The translations under genes and the position numbers were made by a program. 64,000 nucleotides of DNA from Vulcanisaeta sp. AZ3 (lineage in GTDB: Archaea; Thermoproteota; Thermoprotei; Thermoproteales; Thermocladiaceae), in the NCBI GenBank assembly GCA_000960865.2, contig JZWU02000003.1:1-64000 (forward strand), given 5' to 3'. Shown piece after piece: positions 50,226 to 60,171 of this stretch. A model generated the notes under the pieces. That model was not told the DNA's origin and ran no database searches. It worked only from the letters and a program-made list of their open reading frames with translations. The first letter of the stretch is position 1, and the number at the start of each line of letters is the position of its first letter.

Positions 50226-51092
50226 ATGACTTTCTCCATAGTGGCTACGGATGGCATTGACATTGGTGTGGCTGTTGCTTCAAAATTCATAGCTGTGGGT
50301 GCGGTGGTGCCTCATGTTAAGGCACGTGTTGGTGCCGTGGCCACGCAATGCTACGCAAATCCAAGGCTTGGGGATGCAATTCTCGACTTACTATCCAAGG
50401 GTCTTGCAGTAAATGAGGCGTTGGATAAGGCACTATCCTCTGATCCGGGTAGGGAGGATAGGCAGTTAGGTGTCGTGTCTATAAAAGGTGGCGCGGCAGC
50501 GTTTACAGGGTCTAGGTGTGCGTGGTATGCTGGTCATATAGTTGGTAGTAATTATGCTGTTCAGGGTAACATATTGACGGGACCGGAGGTACTTGAGAAT
50601 ATGGCTAAGGCCTTTGAGTCCAAGCGTGGAGAGCTTGTTGATAAACTTCTTGAGGCCTTGATGGCAGGTGATAGGGCTGGTGGCGATAGGAGGGGTAAGC
50701 AGTCAGCGGCTATAATAGTGCTTAGGCCTAGTGGTGGTTATTTGGGGCTCTCGGATGTCTATGTTGATCTTAGGGTTGATGATAATCCCGAGCCTGTGCA
50801 GGAGTTGCAGAGATTATTTAGTATTTGGGAGTTAACAATGCTTAATAGGGATGACCCGAGCGATATTATAGATAAATCTAGTATTGCAATGACGGTACAG
50901 AGAGTTCTTAAGGCTCTTGGCTTCTATAACGGTGAATTGACGGGTGTATGGGATGAGACCACCGAGTTAGCCTTTGAGAATTGGGCTGGTTATGAGAATC
51001 TTGAGAATAAGATTAGGAAGGACGATAAGGTTTGGGGTTCAGTGCTCCGTTACTTAATTAATGAAGCTAGGCGTAGGGGTTTATCGATTTAG
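50226..51092 (+). CDS. DUF1028 Ntn-hydrolase-like protein with C-terminal peptidoglycan-binding-like domain
   Basis: MTFSIVA, GAVATQ, QGNIL, GGD.RG.QSA, DLRVDD; C-terminal L..LGFY.G...G.WD..T..A. Confidence 0.85.
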   Translation: MTFSIVATDGIDIGVAVASKFIAVGAVVPHVKARVGAVATQCYANPRLGDAILDLLSKGLAVNEALDKALSSDPGREDRQLGVVSIKGGAAAFTGSRCAWYAGHIVGSNYAVQGNILTGPEVLENMAKAFESKRGELVDKLLEALMAGDRAGGDRRGKQSAAIIVLRPSGGYLGLSDVYVDLRVDDNPEPVQELQRLFSIWELTMLNRDDPSDIIDKSSIAMTVQRVLKALGFYNGELTGVWDETTELAFENWAGYENLENKIRKDDKVWGSVLRYLINEARRRGLSI

Positions 51093-51136
51093 TAGTAGAA
51101 GGTTTAATAAATGGGTTGCCTTCAGGGTTGTGTGTA

Positions 51137-51475
51137 ATGTCCATAAAGTTCTGTCCTCGTTGTAAGAGCATGATGGTTTTAGTGAAGGAGGGTGGGAGGT
51201 CTTTCTGGAGGTGCCCAAGGTGTGGTTATGTTGAAGAGGTTAGTGGCAATAATGCTAAGTTTGTGGAGAGAACTACGGTGAATAGGAGGGATGATAAACC
51301 AATAGTGCTAGCTAAATCGAGTGAGGAGGCATTGCCGAAGGTTAGGAAGGTGTGCCCAAGGTGTGGTAATGAGGAGGCTTATTTCTGGGTTCAGCAGACT
51401 AGGGCTGCTGATGAACCGCCAACTAGGTTTTACAGGTGTACTAGATGTGGTTATACTTGGCGTGAGTATGAATGA
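51137..51475 (+). CDS. tfs: Transcription factor S
   Basis: Two Zn ribbons; QTRAADEP.TRFY.C..C. Confidence 0.93.
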   Translation: MSIKFCPRCKSMMVLVKEGGRSFWRCPRCGYVEEVSGNNAKFVERTTVNRRDDKPIVLAKSSEEALPKVRKVCPRCGNEEAYFWVQQTRAADEPPTRFYRCTRCGYTWREYE

Positions 51476-51571
51476 GGATTAATGTTCAGTTCGGTAGTAA
51501 TGTTAACTCTAGTATTATGGTTTTTGTTGAGGATGTAGAGTTTAAATTTGGGTAATTGTGGATTTAATGTG

Positions 51572-52327
51572 ATGTCTGAGGTTAGGATAACGTATCCAGA
51601 TGCTAGGGAGCTCTCTGTAATAATTGATGCTATATCGGCATTAATTGAGGAGTCAAGCTTTACGCTGGCCAGTGATGGGTTAAAGCTTAGAGCTCTAGAT
51701 CCATCGAGAACTGCCATGGTGGATTTATTAGTGCCTAGGGAGGCTTTTGAGGAATTCCCTGAGAACCTCGCTGAGGAGGTTAAAATTGGTGTTAGTTTTG
51801 ATGACTTTAAGAAGTTACTTAGGAGGATTAGGAAGGGTGATAAGTTGAGTATGGAGGTTAGTGAGGGTAAGCTTAAGGTTAAGCTTGTTGGTAGGGCGTC
51901 TAGGACCATGACCCTGCCACTCATTGATATTGGGGTTGAGGAGCTACCAACGCCCAAGGTGGTGTATACCGTACTCGCCAAGGTGTCTAGTGATTCGTTA
52001 AATGAGGCTCTTAGGGATGCCGATGTTATTGCTGATTCTGTAAAGTTTGATGCTAAGGATGATGGTCTTTACATATCGGCTAGTAGTGATAAGGGTGATG
52101 TGGAGGTGAAGTTTGAGAAGGAGGGTGAGGTTATGTTTGAGTATGATCTTAAGGAGCCGGCTACCGCCAAGTATAGTCTTGATTATTTAATGGATACTGT
52201 TTCAAAGGCTTATAAGATTAGTGATATAGTTACTATTGAATTTGCAACTCAGAAGCCCATAGCCTTAACCTTCGAGATACCCATGGGTGGTAAGTTGACT
52301 TATTACATAGCACCCATGATTGAGTGA
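51572..52327 (+). CDS. pcn: DNA polymerase sliding clamp PCNA
   Basis: LRALDPSR.AMVDL, YSLDYL, YYIAP. Confidence 0.95.
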   Translation: MSEVRITYPDARELSVIIDAISALIEESSFTLASDGLKLRALDPSRTAMVDLLVPREAFEEFPENLAEEVKIGVSFDDFKKLLRRIRKGDKLSMEVSEGKLKVKLVGRASRTMTLPLIDIGVEELPTPKVVYTVLAKVSSDSLNEALRDADVIADSVKFDAKDDGLYISASSDKGDVEVKFEKEGEVMFEYDLKEPATAKYSLDYLMDTVSKAYKISDIVTIEFATQKPIALTFEIPMGGKLTYYIAPMIE

Positions 52328-52395
52328 TTTAATAATACTAGTTTTAATGGTAAAATGAATTATTTAATGTCTTAAATAATAATTAATGCTTAATA

Positions 52396-53439
52396 ATGAA
52401 TATGCAAAGCTTCGCAAATCTTGTTAGGGTTTTGTTCAGGAATTATTATAGGTCAGTGGATTTATCTGAGGTTGATGATTTGAGGAGTAGGGAGTTTGGC
52501 TTTCAGTTCTTCGATAAGGAAGGCATGATTAGGCATATGGGGTTTAGAGATGAGAATGAATTGAGACAGTACTTAATTACTTATGCCCCATCTCATGTGT
52601 ATTACTCAGCAGCGGTTTATAGGGATCCCACGAATCAGGATATGGATGCTAAGGGTTGGTTGGGTGCTGACTTAATATTTGATATTGATGGTGATCATTT
52701 ACCTACTCAAGGTTGCCAGGGTGTTGAGTTAATGACGCTTGAGTGTCTTAATGATGCTACCGAGGAGGTGAATAAGCTCTTGGACTCGCTTATTGAGGAT
52801 TTTGGTTTTTCTGAATCATCGATTAAGGTTTTCTTTAGTGGTCATAGGGGTTATCATGTGCATATTGAGACTGAGGAGGTTAGGGGTTTGAGTGATGAGG
52901 AGAGGAGGGAGATTATTGATTATTTGCTTCTTAGGGGGTTTAGTATTGAGCATTTAGTTAGGGGTAATGTTATTCTTATAGATGATGGGTTGAGGGGTAT
53001 TGGTGGTAGGTTGGCCTCTGTGATCCATGAGGTTGATCCAAGTATTCTCGATAAGGTTAGGGGTAAGGTGAGTAAGGGTGTGGCTAGGAGGTTGAGTTCA
53101 TTATCTTCAATTATTAGGGATAGGTTAGCTGTGAATATTGATGAGGTGGTTACGATGGATATACATAGACTCATTAGGATGCCTAATTCTCTTCATGGAA
53201 AGACTGGATTACGTGTTGTTAGGGTTAGCCTTAGTGAGTTAGAAAGAGGCGCTGAGTACATTATTGATAAGGCAATACAGTTTAGGAGGGGCTCGTTGAC
53301 TATTAGGTTGAGTAAGAAGTTGCCTGTGAGGAGGGTTTTTGGTGAGGATGTGGTTGGTAATGAGGGAAGTATTATTAAGGTTCCCATGTATATAGGTATG
53401 TACTTAGTGATGGGTGGTTGGGGTGAGCCTCTCGATTAA
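52396..53439 (+). CDS. priS: DNA primase small subunit
   Basis: REFGF, DLIFDIDGD, FSG.RGYH, ID..VT.D.HRLIR.P.SLH. Confidence 0.95.
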   Translation: MNMQSFANLVRVLFRNYYRSVDLSEVDDLRSREFGFQFFDKEGMIRHMGFRDENELRQYLITYAPSHVYYSAAVYRDPTNQDMDAKGWLGADLIFDIDGDHLPTQGCQGVELMTLECLNDATEEVNKLLDSLIEDFGFSESSIKVFFSGHRGYHVHIETEEVRGLSDEERREIIDYLLLRGFSIEHLVRGNVILIDDGLRGIGGRLASVIHEVDPSILDKVRGKVSKGVARRLSSLSSIIRDRLAVNIDEVVTMDIHRLIRMPNSLHGKTGLRVVRVSLSELERGAEYIIDKAIQFRRGSLTIRLSKKLPVRRVFGEDVVGNEGSIIKVPMYIGMYLVMGGWGEPLD

Positions 53440-53914
53440 TGAGCTACTTAGGAAGTTACTTGAATTCACGCAAATGGAGGTGAATAGCGATGAGTTACAG
53501 AGGCCTCTCTATGAGTCTTATGCACAGTTAATTCAGGGAATCGTTAATAATTTACCGACGGGTAATACTTCTGACAAGGAGTTACTTGAGTCTATGGTTA
53601 ATATGGTTAAGGAGACTCTCACGGTATTGGTTAGGAGGAGGATCGAGAAGATAATGGGGTATTACCGAGCGGGTAAGATAATACCTCAAGAGTTATTATT
53701 CATGGAGGAGAAGAGGTTCTTGACGCCATTTCTTGACTTAAGGATTCCAGAGGCGGTGGGTGTTGTGTTGGTATCTTTCAGGGAGAACTTCCCGATGATT
53801 AGGTCAGTCACGGGCTCCACATATGGTCCCTTCACTCAATTTGACATTGCGGTGTTGCCTAGGACTGATGCAGAGGACTTAAGACGTAGAGGTATTGTAG
53901 ATGTTCTACGTTGA
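53414..53914 (+). CDS. GINS subunit (Gins15/Gins51-type)
   Basis: Helical A domain (RR..KI, L..EE) plus beta B domain (YGPF...D...LP); conserved position after priS. Confidence 0.75.
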   Translation: MVGVSLSINELLRKLLEFTQMEVNSDELQRPLYESYAQLIQGIVNNLPTGNTSDKELLESMVNMVKETLTVLVRRRIEKIMGYYRAGKIIPQELLFMEEKRFLTPFLDLRIPEAVGVVLVSFRENFPMIRSVTGSTYGPFTQFDIAVLPRTDAEDLRRRGIVDVLR

Positions 53915-53960
53915 TCTTCCTGAGGTAAAAGTATAAAAGGGGGTTGGATTAACGTAGCGC

Positions 53961-54245
53961 GTGAAGTTTCCCAAGGTGATTAAGACCTACTGCCCGAGAT
54001 GCGATGCATACACGGAGCATTCAGTAACGATATATAGCCATGGGAAGAGGAGGGACTTATCTGAGGGGCAGAGGAGGTACTTGAGGAAGCTTAAGGGTTA
54101 TGGTTCGAGTAGAAAGCCGAAGCAGAAGAGGTTCTCGAAGACTACGAAGAAGGTGATGGTTAAGTTACAATGTAGGCAGTGTGGTTATGTGGTTATGAGG
54201 TCTTTAGGTAGGTTGAAGAAGGTTGAGATAGTTGAGGTGAGGTGA
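53961..54245 (+). CDS. rpl44e: 50S ribosomal protein L44e
   Basis: TYCPRC...T.H, GQRRY..K..GYG, KTTKK...L.C..C. Confidence 0.96.
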   Translation: MKFPKVIKTYCPRCDAYTEHSVTIYSHGKRRDLSEGQRRYLRKLKGYGSSRKPKQKRFSKTTKKVMVKLQCRQCGYVVMRSLGRLKKVEIVEVR

Positions 54246-54249
54246 TTAT

Positions 54250-54456
54250 ATGCCTACGAATTGGCGATTAGTCCTCGTACCTAGGCCCAGATCGAGGTTT
54301 TTAAGGGTTAGGTGTAATAATTGTGGTAATGAGCAGGTGGTTTTTGATAGACCAGCAATGGTTGTTAGGTGCCTTGTCTGTGGTAATGTGCTTATAGAGC
54401 CGACTGGCGGTAGGGGAAGGATAGTTGGTGCCACTATAGTGACGACTTATGAATAA
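54250..54456 (+). CDS. rps27e: 30S ribosomal protein S27e
   Basis: PRSRFL.V.C..C...Q.VF, C..CG..L..PTGG. Confidence 0.96.
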   Translation: MPTNWRLVLVPRPRSRFLRVRCNNCGNEQVVFDRPAMVVRCLVCGNVLIEPTGGRGRIVGATIVTTYE

Positions 54457-54516
54457 TACGTATGGACGCACCCTAGTATAAAGGTTTAATAAGGTTCCTT
54501 AACCCTCCCGTTAATA

Positions 54517-55368
54517 ATGAGTAAGAGGGAGGAGTCGGCTGATGAGATTAGGAAGAGCGTATTGCCTGTGAGGATAGCCAGGAGGGAGTTACCTGATATG
54601 GGGGAGCTTGTTATTGGCACGGTGTATAGGGTGTTGGAGCATGGGGCGTATGTGCTGCTTGATGAGTATGGTGGCTTGGAGGCTTATGCGCCTGTCAATG
54701 AGATTGTTCAATCCTGGTTCCATGATATAAAGGATTACCTAAGGCCTGGGCAGAAGACTGTGTTTAGGGTTGTTAGGGTTGATTATCGTAAGAAATTAGT
54801 CGATGTATCTCTTAGGAAGGTTAAGGAGGAGGAGAGGAAGGAGAAGTTAGCTAGGTGGAAGAGGACGTTAAGGGGTGTTAAGTTACTCGAGTTGGTGGCT
54901 AAGAAGTTGGGCATACCCTTAGATAAGGCGTTGCAGGATTTTGGATGGAAGCTTGAGGATTACTATGGCGACTTCTTGACAGTATTTGAGAATGTGGCTA
55001 AGTATGGGCCTGATGAGTTGAGGAAATTGGGACTTAATGATAATGTAATAGAGATTATTGCTGAGGTTGCTAAGGAAAGGATTGAGATTGAGCCTGTTGA
55101 GATTTCGGGGGTCATTAGGCTAATAAGCATAAGGCCTGATGGTGTTAAGCATATAAGGGAGGTTTTGATGAAGGCGATAAATCAGGCCCGAAAAGAGAGA
55201 GTTGAGAGTATTAAGATATACACAATAGGGCCGCCTAGGTATAGGATAGATATTACTGGTAGGGATCCTAAGAAGCTGGAACGTGTGCTTAATGATATTG
55301 TTAATTTAGTAACCACGGAGATAAGGAAGAGAGGCGGTGAGGCAAGCTTCACAAGGATTGGTGAATGA
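54517..55368 (+). CDS. eif2a: Translation initiation factor aIF2 alpha
   Basis: S1 domain GAYV.LDEY, DVSL, DGV..I, GPPRY. Confidence 0.95.
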   Translation: MSKREESADEIRKSVLPVRIARRELPDMGELVIGTVYRVLEHGAYVLLDEYGGLEAYAPVNEIVQSWFHDIKDYLRPGQKTVFRVVRVDYRKKLVDVSLRKVKEEERKEKLARWKRTLRGVKLLELVAKKLGIPLDKALQDFGWKLEDYYGDFLTVFENVAKYGPDELRKLGLNDNVIEIIAEVAKERIEIEPVEISGVIRLISIRPDGVKHIREVLMKAINQARKERVESIKIYTIGPPRYRIDITGRDPKKLERVLNDIVNLVTTEIRKRGGEASFTRIGE

Positions 55369-55369
55369 T

Positions 55370-55609
55370 GTGGACTCCATACTAAGGAGGTGCAAGGTTT
55401 GCGGTAGATACACGATGAGGAAGGATAGATGTCCATACTGTGGTGGAGAGCTTGAGGTACCGCATCCGCCTAAGTATTCGCCTGAAGATAAGTATGGTAG
55501 GTATAGGTTATTAATGAGGATAATGAGTGGGGAGGTAAGATTAAGAGAGGATATTGTGAGGGCAATACTATCGCAGAGTAGGTTAAGTAAGATTAACCTT
55601 AACTCCTAG
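55370..55609 (+). CDS. nop10: H/ACA RNP protein Nop10
   Basis: C..CGRYT...CP.CG...PHPPKYSPEDKYG.YR. Confidence 0.93.
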   Translation: MDSILRRCKVCGRYTMRKDRCPYCGGELEVPHPPKYSPEDKYGRYRLLMRIMSGEVRLREDIVRAILSQSRLSKINLNS

Positions 55610-57932
55610 TTAATGTTTGGTTTTTAGCTAGAGCATTAAGTAGGTTGTAATTGATCTTGTAAATTATTACCCAGCCGTATGGCCTGGAGACATAGACCAA
55701 CTGGGCCCATGGTGGTGGGGAGATTAGGTAGTACCAAGGTGTTATAGGCCCTGAGTACCCGGGTATGCCTACATATGCTAATTGGAATGATGTTCCGCCA
55801 GCGCCAGGCATTATTGTTGGTATTCCCTCAAAGATCCAATATGCAGGTATGCCATTCCTAAGGCATGTTGCCCAAACAGAATAGGATGAACTTACGACTT
55901 CTGAATTAAACATGAGATTGTATAATGTGACGTTATAGGCGGCGTAGAATGTATTATTGGCATATGGCACGTATATCGTTGAGGCACCCACCTGTCCAGT
56001 TGAAATGAAGGTATTTAGTATATAGTTGTCTGAGTACCCCGCAATCCTGGCCATCCAATAACTCTTCGCGAAATCACCACCGGCTGGGTATTCGGGTATT
56101 AGGATGCACATGGAGCTTGTGAGCCCTGTACCGCTGGCGTTAATGGGGCCGTAAACATAATACGGCTCGAATATTAATATATATTGAGGATCATGCAGTT
56201 CATTAAGCTTGTCTAAAATGCCTGTATAGTTGTAGGGGTTAGACATAAAGAAATTACCTATTAGGGCTATTTGTGTGGCGTTGACTGTGGAGTTATCCGC
56301 AAGGCTTGTTCTATTACCAATTATGGCTGTCCAATAACCGTAGTCCCACCAGGATAGTATTGTGGCATTTGGTGGCGTATTATATGATAACCACTGGAGG
56401 GCATCTAACCAATCGGGGGTTGGGTATGGTGGTGATACAGTGCTCACTATTTGCTGGGGTACCACTGACATTGATAGTGCTGGTTGTACATTAATAATGA
56501 GGGATAACGCAAACACAATACCTAATAACACACTAATAGCTATGCCAATCAAGGCACGCCTATCCAAGGCCAGTTCTGTGAGTTTTACAAAACCATAAGC
56601 AGCAGCAGGGACCCAGAATAACCCTAAGACCATGAATAACCAAACCTCTGAGGATGCGAAATAAGCTGCCGCTAATGAACCTAGGCTTATTAAGACCGCT
56701 GGCAGTGATAATGACATTATTGATAGTAATATTGTGTATATAACGAAGGGTAATGTTATAGATACATTGTAAAGGCTCTGCTGAAGAGATGAAGGAGAGT
56801 GCTCAGCCACACTCTGTACTATGGCGCTCCTAGCTATCGGAGCTAACGCGCCGAGAAACTTACCGCCAATTCCTGTGAAACTTAATCCTATGATTGTAAC
56901 AATTGCAATAACGAGGACTGCGAGGAAGTACCTAGTTATTACTGTCATAATTCTTGGGCTCTTGGGGTAAAGCTTAATGAGCGCGTAGGCAATTATTGAG
57001 AATAATAAGGCCGCATTGGCCACGCCACCCATACCAGAAACCAGAGTATGGAAGCCGTATCTGGGTGTTATTGCTACGAAGGTAGAGAATGCGAGGTCTG
57101 TTAATACGTAGGTTATGACGACCTTATCGATTAAGAATGGTAGTGTTTGTCTCCTGGCTATTTTAATTAGTAGGTAGAGAAGTATGATGATTGTGAATAA
57201 TCCATAGAAGTTCCATAGGAAGACGTAAGAACCCCACACCCACGTAGTTATTCCATTAAACAATGCGGAAAGTACAGCAAATAGAAGCCAATAATTATCC
57301 TTCCTAATTAAAGACTCCGCGTAGAAGGCTATGCCGAGGGTTGCTATGAATTGAAACAATGGCTCTGCCGCGAACCAACCTGCTGTACCCCTCTGGAGAA
57401 ACATTGTTGTGAATACAGACCACAGTGCTGCTAATAGGCCTACGTACTTACCACCAAGTCTGTAACCGAGGTAAAACATGGCTGGTACAACTGCAGCATT
57501 AGCTATGGCGGGTAATAGGATTACGGATTGGAGTAAGTCAAAACCTAGGTGGGATAATACCTTATAAGCCAATACTCCGAGCCAGGAAACGCCTGGTGAC
57601 AGTATTACGGTCCAATTGGCACCCCAGGGATACCAGAAGTGAGTGAAGATGGCTCCGTAACCCTTATGAAGCCACCAGAGGAGTCCCTTGATGGTGCCGT
57701 ACTTAAGCATTTGTATTGTCATGAAGTACCTTATGTAGGGGTCGAATTCATTTATGTACCAACCATAGAGAAGGACTGGGTATAGCCTGAGGTAGTAAGC
57801 TATGATTGTGAATGAGAGTATGGCTGAGGTGAATGCAATCCATTGGGAGGCCTTAATATCGGGTGATATACTTATTGCCTCATGCACAGTAGTCTTGCCC
57901 TCAACTCTACTTGCAGCCCTTGCCTTGCTCAT
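55599..57932 (-). CDS. aglB: Oligosaccharyltransferase AglB (STT3)
   Basis: EFDPY, SVAEH, WWDYG, ADNST, D..K..WM.RI. Confidence 0.95.
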   Translation of the reverse strand: MSKARAASRVEGKTTVHEAISISPDIKASQWIAFTSAILSFTIIAYYLRLYPVLLYGWYINEFDPYIRYFMTIQMLKYGTIKGLLWWLHKGYGAIFTHFWYPWGANWTVILSPGVSWLGVLAYKVLSHLGFDLLQSVILLPAIANAAVVPAMFYLGYRLGGKYVGLLAALWSVFTTMFLQRGTAGWFAAEPLFQFIATLGIAFYAESLIRKDNYWLLFAVLSALFNGITTWVWGSYVFLWNFYGLFTIIILLYLLIKIARRQTLPFLIDKVVITYVLTDLAFSTFVAITPRYGFHTLVSGMGGVANAALLFSIIAYALIKLYPKSPRIMTVITRYFLAVLVIAIVTIIGLSFTGIGGKFLGALAPIARSAIVQSVAEHSPSSLQQSLYNVSITLPFVIYTILLSIMSLSLPAVLISLGSLAAAYFASSEVWLFMVLGLFWVPAAAYGFVKLTELALDRRALIGIAISVLLGIVFALSLIINVQPALSMSVVPQQIVSTVSPPYPTPDWLDALQWLSYNTPPNATILSWWDYGYWTAIIGNRTSLADNSTVNATQIALIGNFFMSNPYNYTGILDKLNELHDPQYILIFEPYYVYGPINASGTGLTSSMCILIPEYPAGGDFAKSYWMARIAGYSDNYILNTFISTGQVGASTIYVPYANNTFYAAYNVTLYNLMFNSEVVSSSYSVWATCLRNGIPAYWIFEGIPTIMPGAGGTSFQLAYVGIPGYSGPITPWYYLISPPPWAQLVYVSRPYGWVIIYKINYNLLNALAKNQTLTRS

Positions 57933-58136
57933 TACGGTTTGGTTGAATGCTTTATTTAAAAGTATTTTTCACAGTTACGTTAACGAGTATTAAAGCAAAT
58001 AAGGTATCTAATACTACAAGCATTGTGAGGATTATTAAGAGACATCAGAATTCAAGGCAAGTAGTAGGGGGTCTAGTGAGAAAATGGAGATATGAGGGGA
58101 TAAAAGAATAAAAATGGTTTATTTAATGTAACACAG

Positions 58137-58228
58137 GGCCCCGTAGCTCAGCATGGATAGAGCGGCGGCCTTCTATCGAGACGGGAGAGAGCCGTAGGTC
58201 GTGGGTTCAAATCCCACCGGGGCCGCCA
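58137..58228 (+). tRNA. tRNA-Arg(TCT) with 14-nt intron at 37/38 (58176-58189), CCA encoded
   Basis: GGCCCCG...GCGGC-CT-TCT-A[TCGAGACGGGAGAG]A-GCCGT...GGTTCAAATCC...GCCA; BHB central helix CUUC/GGAG. Confidence 0.95.
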
Positions 58229-58303
58229 ATCACTCACCGCGGTTTCTTCAAGATTTTAATGAATAGTCACCTTTATGAGTTACCTTTCTAGATTTATTGG
58301 CGG

Positions 58304-58352
58304 TTGATGAGACATTGCAGTACTGATTGGTGAGGAGACTGACCTGCTCTGA
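58304..58352 (+). ncRNA. Box C/D guide sRNA (predicted 16S targets)
   Basis: C TTGATGA 58304-10; guide GACATTGCAGTA; D' CTGA; C' GTGAGGA; guide GACTGACCTGCT; D CTGA 58349-52. Confidence 0.85.
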
Positions 58353-58505
58353 GTATATGATTAGAATTATCAGCATATAACCGCGTTCGTCAACGATCAG
58401 TCACCTCCTCTCTCGTCACTGTAGTATTGTGATTTTAACTCCTCAAGTTTCTTATGCAGCATAGTGGATAATACTTAATAAATTAGTGTAATATAAGTTA
58501 ATGTT

Positions 58506-59252
58506 ATGGAATTACTCAAATGTGACGTTTTGAGTGACCTAATTGAGGGTTTCCCATATGGCTACATGATTTTAATTAGGGGCGACCTAGGCATGGGAAA
58601 GACACTTATCGTGAAGATACTTGCACGGAGAATACTTCAAAGCAACCCGTTGCTTTATGTATCCCTTGATGATGATCCTGAATCAATAATTAATGATCTT
58701 AAGGACACGAGTGGTAGGTTGTTCATAATTGATGGATTTACATTGGGTGATCAGCGCAGGATTAAGGCCCCTAACATTGTTGATGCAATTACTGAGTTAG
58801 ATCCAGGACAGTTGATTAGTAAGGTTAGGCAGGTAATATATTCAAAAGGCATTCGGGGGCTTATCATGGATTCGATAAATGACTTACTCATTAATATCGA
58901 CCCCAGAGGATTAATTACTGTGCTTAAGCAATTAAAATCCGTATCAAGGACTTACAACTTAATAACCTTCATGGTTGCTCACGTAACCACGGATGATGTT
59001 GATAATCTACTTAATAACGTTGAGTATGTGTTTGATGGTGTAATCGAGATGGAGTTTGATGAGAATATGGCAAGCCTAGGAATACCAGTGAGGAGGCTTA
59101 GGATAAAGAGGATGAAGGGAATCTCTCATTCAATGAATTGGTTATACTTTACAACGGCTAAGGGCACCATAGTCCCCATAGATGTAAATGAGATCAGAAA
59201 CATGCTAAAGAATACCCTTGAAAGCCTTGGAGTTCAACTACAGAGCAGTTAA
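58506..59252 (+). CDS. RecA-superfamily ATPase (RAD55/KaiC-like)
   Basis: Walker A GDLGMGKT, Walker B LIMDS, DGVI.M, R.L.I..M.G..H. Confidence 0.88.
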   Translation: MELLKCDVLSDLIEGFPYGYMILIRGDLGMGKTLIVKILARRILQSNPLLYVSLDDDPESIINDLKDTSGRLFIIDGFTLGDQRRIKAPNIVDAITELDPGQLISKVRQVIYSKGIRGLIMDSINDLLINIDPRGLITVLKQLKSVSRTYNLITFMVAHVTTDDVDNLLNNVEYVFDGVIEMEFDENMASLGIPVRRLRIKRMKGISHSMNWLYFTTAKGTIVPIDVNEIRNMLKNTLESLGVQLQSS

Positions 59253-59546
59253 TGAATTTGCTTTCAAGACATTAACATAAAAGCTTTGGTAGGTAATTAA
59301 GATCTTAAATCCTGTAAAATGAGGGGCAGCCATGTAGGGGCATATCGTTTATGTTCGAAGCCTATGATGTAGCAATTAGCAATAGTGACATTAAGTTGGA
59401 ATTTATAACTAATTTTACTGTCTTAAGAGGGAATGCGTTGGTATATAAAACTTAATTTAGCCTACGGAAACTTTTACAATGATGTTATTTTAGGATTGCC
59501 TTTTGCTATGGGTTTTTAATTTGATTAGTACCCTTTAGGTGTTTTG

Positions 59547-59849
59547 TTAGATCATTAAAAAGAACACGACTAAACCGTAAATTGCAATGGCCTCTGCCAA
59601 TGCTACAAAGATTAAATACATTGCAAATAATTCTCTTCTCTCAACCATAGCACTAACAGAAGCAGCACCAGCAAGGCCAATACCGATACCAGCACCTAGA
59701 GCAGCAAGACCAAAACCAATACCAGCACCCAGGGCTCTAGCCGCCATTACCTGTGCTTGATCGGTTGCTTGAGCATGGGCAACTAACGCTGCCATTGCTA
59801 AGGCTAGTGCAACCACAACTAAAACCCTTAATATCGTTGACTTAACCAT
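59547..59849 (-). CDS. atpK: A/V-type ATP synthase proteolipid (subunit K/c)
   Basis: Gly-rich helix GAGIG.GLAA.GAGIG, ion-binding Glu in ALAEAIAIYG, N-terminal signal-like helix. Confidence 0.92.
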   Translation of the reverse strand: MVKSTILRVLVVVALALAMAALVAHAQATDQAQVMAARALGAGIGFGLAALGAGIGIGLAGAASVSAMVERRELFAMYLIFVALAEAIAIYGLVVFFLMI

Positions 59850-60140
59850 CACGGAATCAAGCATTAGTACTTTTAAAATTTATTCCAACTGGACTCCCAG
59901 CGTTCGTTTAAAGTTACCTGGTTCGTGAACTTACTTTAGGCCTTGAGTCATTTTCCTGAGACCTTGTCCCTTCACTATCATATACCTTCTCAATGTTCAT
60001 AAGAAGCGTGAACTAAAGCGCAACCTTAAGCCCTATGTAATGAGACCAAGGCCAGAAGCGAACTAAATCCTCAATCACATCCAAATGAACAATCCTTTAA
60101 ATAACCAATGCATTAGAGTAGGGAATAAGCATAAGTAAAG

Positions 60141-60148
60141 CTTTATAA
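60141..60148 (+). promoter_or_regulatory. TATA box of tRNA-Ser
   Basis: CTTTATAA about 25-30 nt upstream of 60172, preceded by a purine-rich BRE-like stretch. Confidence 0.6.
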
Positions 60149-60171
60149 CTATTGGGTCATTAAGCAGAACT

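Noticed and set aside
552-58190. Integrated element bounded by the shared tRNA-Arg 3' halves
   Set aside because: The repeats are inverted, both tRNAs are complete, there is no integrase, and the interval is core genes
59880-60080. Unexplained intergenic stretch with a short imperfect repeat (agaagcg..aactaaa twice)
   Set aside because: Only two degenerate copies; no CRISPR periodicity, terminal inverted repeats or recognisable ORF
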